A model generated the notes under the pieces. That model had not been told where the DNA came from. It searched no databases and saw nothing but the letters and a program-made list of their open reading frames with translations. The position numbers were made by a program, and so were the translations under genes. A stretch of DNA of 64,000 nt from Cyanophora paradoxa CCMP329. Taxonomy: Eukaryota; Plantae; Glaucophyta. The stretch spans positions 248,001-312,000 of the forward strand of contig QPMI01000071.1 in NCBI GenBank assembly GCA_004431415.1, in the 5' to 3' direction. This document shows, in pieces, positions 47,301 to 57,000 of the stretch (the first letter of the stretch is position 1; each line of letters opens with the position of its first letter).

Positions 47301-50275
47301 ATTAGCTTAAAGAACGCAAGCCTTTAGAAGACCAATGCTTATAAAATTCATTATAAGCACCTCCTCCTCGTAGACGTAGAGGCCCATGATGAGGTTCGGG
47401 TCGAGCGCCGGCAGCACGTGCGCCGCCTCGTTCACGACGAAGTAGTAGAGGCCGTAGTAGCTAAAACAGATAGAGAAATCAACATGATAATAAAGCAGAT
47501 AGAATGAAGCCGAGAAACCTGGGCGCACAAGTACTCGTCGGTGACCATCTCGGTCGCCCACCACTTGCCGTTGCGCTTGTTGATGTTCAGGTGGAAGCCG
47601 TCCGGCCGGAGCCGCACGTCGCGGGGGTCCCCGCTCCAGAAGTTGGGCCTGCACGACACGTAATAATAAGCAAAATGGGCGCGGGCGGATCGGATATAGA
47701 TACGGACCCCGGCTGGGCCGTGAACGGCTGGTCGGCCACGTCCGTCCGCTTCGGGAACCACCCGATGCACTTCCAAGGGACGAACGAGCGCTCGAGCACA
47801 AGCATCTGGACGGCGTAGGGCTGCAGGTTCTGCAGCCGGTTCGGGAAGCGCTCGGCGCTGCCGGTCGCGCCGCGGATGAACTGTGCGAGCCGGTCGAGCC
47901 GCTTGTTCTGGAGGAGGACGACGACGAGCTGCGTGGAGCCAGCGATGGCGGCGTGGCTGCCGGGCTCGACTCGGATGGCGCGGGCGCTGACGGGCCCGCA
48001 CGCCTCGAGGACGGGGCGCGCAGGCTCCGCCACCAGCTCCCAGAACTCCCCGCGCGAGAAGACGTACAGCGTGCACTCCGCGAGCTCCGCGCCGCACTGC
48101 TCCTCGGCGCGCCGGAGCGATCCGGTGCCGTTGACGTAGTACGCCGAGACGCCGTCGTCGCCGAGTCCGCCGCCGGGCGGGTCGAGCCGCAGGCACATCG
48201 GCACGAGCCGCTCGTGCCCCGCCTGCGCGTTGGCGTCGTACACAGCCGACTGCGCCCACAGGACAGCCTGGCGAAGCATAAGTAAGGAACAACGGACAGC
48301 GGGGGGCTGCGTATCAAGCGACTAACTTTGCGGGACGCGATGGCTTCCTCGGCGAGGAATGGCGGAATGGAAGGGAGGCCGTCCACGAAGTGCTCGGGGC
48401 CCGAGGCCGGCACGACGAACGCGGCCAGGCGCGCCCCGGCCGTGCCGTTGAGGCGGGGGGCGAAGGGCGGGACGGAGAATTCGCCGCCGGGCTCGATGCG
48501 GGCGGAGGGCGCGGCGGGCGTGGGGAGCCCGGCCCAGCCCGCGACCGCGCCGAAGAGGGAGAGGCGGCATCCCGCGAAGTTCGAGCCGCACGGGCCTTGG
48601 TCCGTCAAGCCGTCCAGCGCGACCCGCCCAACCTGCAACACGGGCGTTTAGATAGACGCTGAAAGGCTCTCAAACTAGATAGATTAGATCTTAAGTAAGA
48701 TAGATTAGCTATTTTAGCTTCGAACGAGACGCACGATAGGGTCGACAAAGGGGAAGATCGGAACGAAGAGTTCGATGGGGGACGCGCTGCCCGAGGTGGA
48801 GCTGCACTGGGGTCCGCCGAGGGGCGGCTCGGGGAACAGGGGCGAAAGGGGGGCCCGCGGCCGGTACGCGTAGCGGACGGAGACCGTCGTCGCCAGCGCG
48901 CTCGCCTGCGGCGAACGAAGCCCGCCGAGTTGCGCCCAGAAGAAGAAGATCGAGTATTAATACTAAAAAGCGTATATACCACAACGGTGGAGCGGTTCTC
49001 CGCGACGATGGAATCAAACTCCAGGCCGGATGCGAAGAACGCCTCGCTTCGCCGAAAGGATCAGCTCCCAGAGGTCATGTGAGCGATCATACTAAGCATG
49101 CTTCGTTCACACCTGATCAGGCGCGGGTCGGCGGCACCTCGGGGGGCGTCCGGGTCCACCAGGCCCGAATAGAGAGCGACAGAGATCTGCGCCGCAGCCG
49201 GTCGCGAACTTAGCGGGAGGCGGCGGCGGCGGCGACGACGACGACTAGCAAAAGCAAGTGGGGCAGGGGCAGGGGAAAGGAGGGCGGGGGGAAGGGGAAG
49301 GGGGGGGGAAGGAGGAGGGGAGGGGGGGAAGGGGGAGGGGGGGGAGGGGGAGGGGGGGCGGGCGGTGGCAGCCTAGCTGTAGCTAAAAGAGCGGGGGCCG
49401 GGGGGCGAGGCGTTAGCTAGAGAGGGGCCGCATATGCGAGACGGTACCCCCTTCGCCAGCTGGGACGGGGACCGGGCGGGCGGGCGGGGAGTGGAGAGAG
49501 GCCCAGGGAGGGGAGAGATCTCGGGGGGGGGGGGGGGGGGAGGGGGGCGGGGGGGGGGGGCGGGCGGGGGAGGAGGAGGAGGAAGAAGAAGAAAGTGAGA
49601 GAGGAAGAAAGGGAATCTAGCTATAGATAGAAGAGCGGGGGCCACCGGGCGGGGCGTTAGCTAGGGTGGGCCGGGGGCGGCGCACGCGAGACGGCAGCCA
49701 GCTGAAGAACGCTGTGAACTCGACCGCGTCCGGGTTGCGCCGGAACGCGTTGCGCTCGCCCGTCCGCACTGTGCACGCGAACGCCGTCGCCCCGTCGCTG
49801 CCCGTGACGGCCGTCGAGCGCTCCAAGACGATCTCGCTGTTGGTGCGGTCCTTGCCGCCCCCGAGTCCGCGCACGCTGCGCGAACAGTTCGCGTTAGCTA
49901 TGCTGCGGCCGCGAAGCGGGGGCGCGCGGCGGCGGCGGCGGAAGCGGCGCACAGGATGTGAGCGTTCGAAGGGCAGTCACTCTGACTGGCGGAGGAGGCC
50001 GAGACAGCGAGGATGACCTTCTGCGCGGACTCAAAGCGCTCGACGGTCCGTAGCTGGAGCACGTGCGTCCCGTAGCCGGCCGGCGCGCCCTTGGGGAACG
50101 ACACGCGGGCCGCCTCGTTGCCGCGGCCGACCACCTGCTCCCACGCCCACTCCTCGGCGGCGCTGGCAATTGCAAGCTGCGCCACGAACAGGAGGCCGAC
50201 GAAGAGCGCGATCCGCGTTTCGCGCCTGCATGCGCGGCTGAAGGCGCGCGCGCGCGAGCGTGAGACCATATGCAT
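29307..50275 (-). CDS. Gene B: GH16-GT48 fusion (signal peptide - extracellular domains - GH16 - Cys-rich - TM - FKS1 domain 1 - 1,3-beta-glucan/callose synthase)
   Basis: Start MHMVSRS..IALFVGLLFVAQLAIASA (ATG 50275/50269). In-frame splicing was traced by hand from GH16 through the TM into the FKS1 N-terminal region. Probable stop at 29307 (SALFSI*). The 3' exons (29.3-33 kb) are approximate. Confidence 0.75.
33140..38340 (-). CDS. GT48 1,3-beta-glucan synthase core of gene B
   Basis: FKS/CalS motifs in the expected order: PENAEARRR, SLTVLIP, HPNEW, RWWASMRFQPLARTLFG, SKVQVIFAYQ, EISRVKMAGDPML..KGENQ|NHALIF, QAIDCNQDFFVEEALK, LLEEF..IIGFPEFV, RNHYGHPD, GGMS..VSEDIFKGF, VEYMQGGKARD, KISQG, GFPMALPLL, YIPSGRGF. 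Confidence 0.93.
42150..43128 (-). CDS. FKS1 domain 1-like region of gene B
   Basis: LDEVTGFSADVQQQ (cf. FGFQxDN) and NLYLCDLVFVSASNFRSCPSFLSYLFY (cf. LYLLIWGEAANLRFMPECLCYIY). Confidence 0.65.
46460..47790 (-). CDS. GH16 glycoside hydrolase domain of gene B
   Basis: QPGPNFWS..DVRLRPDGFHLNINKRNGKWWATEM..YYGLYYF..LDPNLIMGLYVY..REIDLEFGKFG (ExDxE at 47099-47085)..AQFVVMP..GN..VRINIWMW. Confidence 0.85.
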
Positions 50276-51109
50276 ATGACGTAGCCGCCGGGCCGGCTGC
50301 GGGCAGGGATCGGAATCACAGAACACAACGAGCGCACGTCGCATATCTTGTTGCATGCAGTCGTGCATGCGAGATCCCTATGCTGATCATGATGCATAAG
50401 AGTCCCTCCTCCGCTGTTCTCGCCGCTGAGCTGCGTATATATGTCCGACGGTTTATAGCTATCGCCTACATATGCATGCCGCAGTGCTGCTGCAGACCGT
50501 GCAGACAGTGCGCGTGCTAGGCCTCATGTACTATGCATACAGTGTGCGAGGGTACTACGACTCCACAACCGCGCAACAAGTGAATCGACTCGGCGATATC
50601 GTACCGTACTGCGCCGTCCTGCGCCGTAGTGCGAAGACTCTTGAACTTCGGAAGAGCACGAGCTCGCCGGCTGCTTGAAGGCTTTCTGCGATGCTGGGCC
50701 GTGCGATGCTACGCGCGGCGGCTGAAACGTTGAACGCGGCGACTGAGACGCCCTACCGTAGTACCTGGTATGTCAATTAGCTAGTACTGGCTACTATAGC
50801 TACTGGCGCAGTGGGCTACTAAAGGCTACTCCCGGGCCCCGGCGTCTCGAGCTCCCGCGCCGCGGCCCGCGGCCCGCGGGGCCCGCGGGGGGGGGGGCCC
50901 CGGGGACCCCGGGGGACTCGGGGGGAGTCCCGCCCGCCGGGCGGCCGGGGCCGAACTGGCCCAGTGGGCAAGCTCACTGATCATGAGTCAGTGAAGTCAA
51001 CTTAAGCTTGCCAAGTTGGCAAGCTTTAAAGAAAGAAGTTCGAAGCCTTGAATCATTGAATTCATGATTCGTCAAGCCGCAACCGCCTCTGCGCAATTCA
51101 AGCCAAGGT

Positions 51110-51166
51110 GGCTAGCTAGCTAGCCTAGCTGGCTAGCTAGCTAGCCTAGCTAGCTAGCTAGCTAGA
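51110..51166. repeat. (GCTA)n microsatellite
   Basis: gctagctagctagcctagctggctagctag... directly visible. Confidence 0.85.
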
Positions 51167-52354
51167 AGCACCATATATTAAATACTATGTAATTGTTTTT
51201 GTTTTAATTTGGGTGCATAATATAGACGTATATAAAGTACTAGCTCCGGCCGGCCAGCATTAAATATTGCCATGGCCAAGCTTTTTAAGTTGTGGCCATG
51301 GCCATGGCCATAACTTAGTAAAGGCATGCCATCATGGCATGACAGTGATGATAACGTTCTATATATACTAGGCTAGAACGGGCAGCTAGGATTCGAAGGC
51401 AGATCGACGCCAGGCCGTCGCCAGGCGACGTCGACCCCAGCACAACTTGGCAAAATTGCTATGTAGTACCCGGGCCCCCGCGAAATTTCAGCCGGCCGGA
51501 GCTCGAGCTCGAGCAACCACCGAGGCTCGAGGCTCAAGCTCGACTCGCTGGCAGATCTAGAGTCGCTGCTCGAGCCGAGAGAAACTTAGCATGAATGAGT
51601 ATATTCGCGCATTTATGATTTAAACTCCCGATATCGCGATTCGCGATCGCGACTCGATCGCCGGGGCGGCGGCGATTCGCGAGCTTCGGCTCGAGCGCTA
51701 GCCGAGCCGACTCGAGCCTGCTAATGCAAGCCGGCGCCGGCGCCGGCGCCCTGCCGAACAGAGCGAGCCGAGCCGAGCCAAGCCGAGCTGGTGAGCTGAG
51801 CGAGCCTAGGCCGAATATTAATACCGGATCCCGGAGGCTCCCGAGCGCTAGCCCGGCTCGCGCGCGAGCCTCGGAGCGAGCTCAAGCCGAGGTTTAATTG
51901 TTGAATTTTTCGAATGTTCCGCGAAATTTCGGCTCGAGCTCGAGCTCATCAAGTTGAATTGGGACTTCCCGAGTCCGGCTAGCCTAGTAGCGGCGGCTAC
52001 GTATACGCCGGCGGGCTTAATATTTAATTACCCACTGGGCCAGGTACGTAACCGGAATCACCGTGGCACGTTACCGGATACGTTTAACCTTACGTATACC
52101 GTACGTAGCTTGCCACTGGCAAGCCCGGCCTGACCAGTTGACCTTACCGGATACGCTTGCCACTGGCAAGCCCGGCCTGGCCAGTTGGCCTGGCTTGGCC
52201 ATGGCTGACCGGTACCTGGCTTGCCGGCGCCAAGCCGGGGCCCGGGGCGGCGGGGCCCGGCCGCGGCGGGGCCGCCGGGCCGGCCCGGGCGCCGCTGCGC
52301 CGGCGCCGCCGCGCCGCGCGCGCGCGGCGCCGGCGGCGCCTCATGAATCATGAT

Positions 52355-53212
52355 TAGGGCAGTGGCGGCCGGTGGCAGTGGCAGCCTGCCACCGACCGAC
52401 CGGGTGGAAAGTCCGGCCCACCGCCATACAACGCCCGGTACCATACAAAATAAAAATTCTAGGGGGGGTAGGCTGAGCGCGGGCCCGGGCGGGGTCCAAA
52501 CGGCTGCACATGACAGGCCGGCGCCACATGTATACGTACATGCGCATGCTATAGCTAGCGAAGCCTAGCGCTAGCGTTAGCGTGAAACTAGTAGCACCGC
52601 GGCGCCCGGCCGCCAGCGCGCTGCAATTGTTTCCATTATTATCCATGTTAACGTTGGCTCTGCAGATTGAGCGCGTTTTCTCTGACGTCAACAACATTGC
52701 TTCCAATTGCAAGAAACGAATCTCCATGGCCATCTCCACCGGCGCCCGGCCGGGGCGCCGCCTGAACCAGGTTCGCTCTCCGTTTCTCTCGACAGTTTCA
52801 CATTTAATTATGACCCACAACACTCTTGTCTTGCGTAGTTAATTATAACGTTCATCTTCCTCCGCTCCTGCCTTGTGAATGGGATCCGCATCTTCAATGC
52901 AACGGATCCGAAGGGAGCTGACGTCGACGTCGACGTCGACGCCATCCCGTACCTCATGAGCATCAACCACCCCGGCCTCCCCCATGGCCACAACTGGCTT
53001 GAACCCGCCCCAAAGCACTCGCTTTAGATATATAGCTATAGTAGGCGCGTAGCGCCTTGAAGCTGTGCAAAATTAAGCGTACTTCCTGTCGATTTTCACG
53101 CACTGTAGCACGTACCCCCCCTCTACCGACCGCCACCGGTGGGTAACAGTCAGCGCTAGCGGGCCCACCGACCGGGTGGAGATTTAGGCCGACTGTGCCC
53201 GGCCCAGCCCTA
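52355..53212 (+). mobile_element. Internally deleted hAT transposon remnant
   Basis: Ends TAGGGC.../...GCCCTA, repeated subterminal CCACCGACCG(GGTGGA), and an internal spliced fragment IERVFSDVNNIASNCKKRIS..LNQ|LIITFIFLRS resembling the hAT C-terminal dimerisation motif (ERxFS...R.RL...LxFL). No clean TSD. Confidence 0.5.
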
Positions 53213-53234
53213 TACTCATGATCGGATCATGAAT

Positions 53235-53651
53235 TAGGCTTGCGACTAGCTCGGAGCCCCCCCGGCTCTAGTCAAGTCAAGCCGCCCGGACTCCTGGCTC
53301 TAGCCGCTAGCTAGTTTGGCTAGCGGAGGCACCTTCGGCGCCGCGCCTAATTAGCCGGCTAGCTAGTTTCGGGCTTCTCCCCCCCCCTCTAGCCGCCTCT
53401 AGTCCCGCGAGAAGCATGTCTATCGTGTTGTTGAACGTGCCGCGGCGAAAACATGCTCGCAATATTAATCACCTTAACATCACCTTAAGCTTGACACTTT
53501 TTTAAATTTGAGGCTCCAAATCACAGGCTGAGGTTTTTCACTAGCCAGTTTTCCCCCTTTCTGTACCCCTTCTGAGGGCGGCTAGAGTCGCGGGCCGAGG
53601 GCCGCTAGTCAAGCCGGCTAGCTAGTCGGCTTGACTAGAGCCGCAAGCCTA
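53235..53651. mobile_element. MITE-like element (417 bp)
   Basis: Perfect TIRs TAGGCTTGCG / CGCAAGCCTA plus inverted subterminal GGCTCTAGTCAAG / CTTGACTAGAGCC; no TSD seen. Confidence 0.55.
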
Positions 53652-54016
53652 ATATTTGACTCTGTAATTTTAACGTGCACGGTTACTAAGTTAGCTGCGG
53701 CTAGCATGATCATGGCTCAGCGGCTATGAAGCGTATTACATATGCATACTACGTAGTGTGGTAGCTATAGGAAACAGCAGGCATCACGCATGCCATGATG
53801 CATATGCCATGATGTTCCGGAGCCAGCGGTTAACAGTGCATACATATGCATATGCCATGATGGTTTGCGCAGCCCTGCTTCACCTGGCCAGCAGCGCGCA
53901 GCAGCGTTAGCTATGATATGTGCATGACAGAGCTGTGATCCATGTACATCTGCGACTGTAGCCCTGGCAGCCCAATCACGGCGGCGCGCTTGCGGCGAGC
54001 GCGCATATGCATATGG

Positions 54017-57000
54017 ATGTACATGTATCTTGCTGTCGCCGTGCTCGCGATCGTTGCCGCGAGCGTCTCGCGGCTGCGGCTGGACGGTGCACGGGGAGCA
54101 ACCATGGCCATGGCCAGCGTTCCAACGCACGCAACTGCCGCGGCCTGGCTGGTGCACGCGCCCATGGCCATCCGCCGAGTCGGCTTTGGATCCCCGATTG
54201 CAACTTGTGCGGCCCACTCCAGCGCTGAAGGAGAGCCGCAGCCTCGTAGCATTGTGCAAAGCGCGCCGGCCGCCCCCGCCCCCGCCGCAGCCGCCCTCGG
54301 GCCCGCAGGGCGTGATGCTTATGCCGAGTACATCGTGGTGCGCATTGTGTTGCGCAGGCGTCCTCGCGCTCCCGCCTGAGCCGCCCGCGACGCTCGGGCC
54401 CCGCGCCGCAGGTGCTGCGCGAGCACGCGGAGATGCGGCACCTCGCGGCGGTCACAGCACGCGCCCGCGCGGCGGCCGAGGCCGAGCGCGCCGCCGGCGC
54501 GGGCGGGGACGAGGGCGCGGGGGGCGGCGGGGTGCGGGTCCGCCACGTCTTCCGGCACGCCTTCCTCGGCTTCAGCGCCAGGTGCGCTCCGGCTCTGCCC
54601 GCCCCTTCCCTTTCCTTCCGCTTTTTTCTCCTTTCGCTCTTCTCGTCCTGCGACGCGGCCCGTCCCTATCGAGCGCCTGAAGAGCCCTAAACGCTCTTCC
54701 TGCCGCGCCGGCCCGGCTCCTAACCTCGCCGGCCCGTGTCCTCCCCATACCCCGTCCCCGCCCCCCCTCCTCCCCCCTCCCGCTTTTCCGCTCCCCCCCG
54801 TTTCTCCCCCACCCCACCCCCTCCCCCTCCACGTGCACTCCCTATTCCCTTCCTGCCCCCTGCCTCTCTTTCTCTAAACCCCTGCCTCTTCCCCAGATCC
54901 ATCCTCACCCCCCCCCCCCCCCCCCTCCCCTCCCGCCCTTAGCTTTGGCTTCTTAGCTTCTGCCCGACGCCCTCCGGCACCACTCTCCTCGACCCCTCCC
55001 CCTCCCGCTCGGCTCCTCTCCTCTCTCTGAAAAGCCTACCCCCCCTCCCCCCCCTCACTCCTCGCCCCGCTCCCAGCCACTCCCGCTCCTCCACCTACCC
55101 CTATCTGCCTCCACTGCCCGGCGTTCCCCCTTCCGCTTCTCCTTGACTTACCTCCAGCTATCTTCCCATCCTGCGACCCTCGCCCCCCCCCCCCCTTCCC
55201 CCCGCCCCCCCCCCCTCTCCTTCCCCCTCCCCGGGCACCCCGCCTCCTCTCCCTCTCCCGCCGCCCCCGCCTTCTCCGCCCACTATCTGTCCGCGTCCCT
55301 CTGGCGCCTGTGACTTGTCTCGTCTTGCAGCATGTCGCGCGGGGTGGCGGAGTCGCTCCGCTCGAGCGAGCATGTGAAGTTCATCGTGCCCGACGCGGTC
55401 CGCGCGCGCCCGCCGCCGTCCTCTCTCGACCTGACCCCGCGCAGGCCGTGTCGCCCGCACAGGCGGTGGACTTCACGGCGCTGGGCTACGGCCCCCAGCC
55501 TTGGGGGGACGTCGTGCCGTGGCACCTTGATCGGTGCGGTGTCTCCACGCATCCGGCACCGCTGCTTCTGACGGCCCTTGCAGGCTCGACCAAGCATCGG
55601 GCCCCCTCGACGGTCGCTTCGATCGGGGGACGGTTGACGGGACCGGCGTCGACATCTACGTCGTCGACACGGGCGTGCTCGAGACGCACTCAGAGCTCGC
55701 AGGCCGCGTCGTGCGATCCGCCCCGTAGTCGCTCTCAAGAGTCTAATCAAGAGCGATCTTTCAACACAAGCGAGCTGATCGCCGGGTTTCGCAGATTCGG
55801 TTCTATGATGTGGATTCGGCGCTGTACAACTCTACCAACGAGCACTGGGCGAGCGACTGTTCCTCGGAATCGCACGGGACGGCCGTCGCTGCGGCCGCGG
55901 CGGGGCTCACGTTTGGCGCTGCGCCTGGTGCCACTGTTCTCTCAGGAAAGGTCTACAGACGCTCCGGGAGCGCCGCCGCCGACTGTCCCTCCACGACGAC
56001 GGACAGTGATGTGTTGGCCGGTGAGCTTGCATGCCCCTTCGAATTTCAGATCTTCTTCATTCTTACGTGTCTGCGCGAACGCATTTTCGTTGGGCAGGGC
56101 TGGAGCAGGTCCTTCTCTCCATTCAGAGTCGCGGCCGGCCCTCTGTGACACTGCTCGCCGTCACGTCGACCTCGAGCGGAACCGCAAGCGCGCTATACAC
56201 GGATGTCGTGTCGCGCCTGCGCCAGGCCGGCTCTGTCGTGATCACGGTGCGACATCGTCCGCACTGCCAGGCTTCTACAATTCAACGCCAATGCTGGCGC
56301 CGCCGGCGTTGCGCAGGCCGCGGGCAATGACAACGCGGATGCTTGCGACACTGTGCCAGGTGCCATATCGGGTTGCGAGAGAAGCTGGGGTGCCGATCTC
56401 ACCGTTGCGAATGCAGGCAATACGCCGGGGGCAATCAATGTCGGTGCCAGCGACCAGGACGATTATCCTGCCGGCTTCTCGAATTATGGCCGGTGCGAGA
56501 ACAAGGAAATAATGCTCACAATGACGCTTTCACGGAAATAAAGTCATTCTCGCTCGCTAACGGGAATGTGTGCAGCTGCATCTCGCTGTTTGCGCCTGGG
56601 CAGAATATACAGTCGGCGCTGCGAATGAAGGCAGTGCCGAGAACAAACGGCCGGCCCGGCTTTACGGCCACCACCGGCGTCTTCCATGGCACGTCATTCG
56701 CGGCGGGCGTCGCAGCTGGTGTCGCTGCCCTCTACCGCCAGGCCCTCCCCGCCGCGTCACTCGCGGTGCGTTTGCGACTCCGGTAGCTGAACCAGCTCTT
56801 GTCAATGAGGCGACGCCGAACAGGCTATTGAGGATGCGCTGGTGAACGGCTCGGTCTCCGAGATGCGGTCCTCAGTTCTGAACGGCAGCCTGGACCACCT
56901 CCTCAGCGTCTCTAGAGTGCTTCTGCACGGTGTGCCCTGCTGATACCGAGCATGCCTTGCTGACGCGCTTTCGGGGCGTCTCTGACCATCATCTAGGAAT

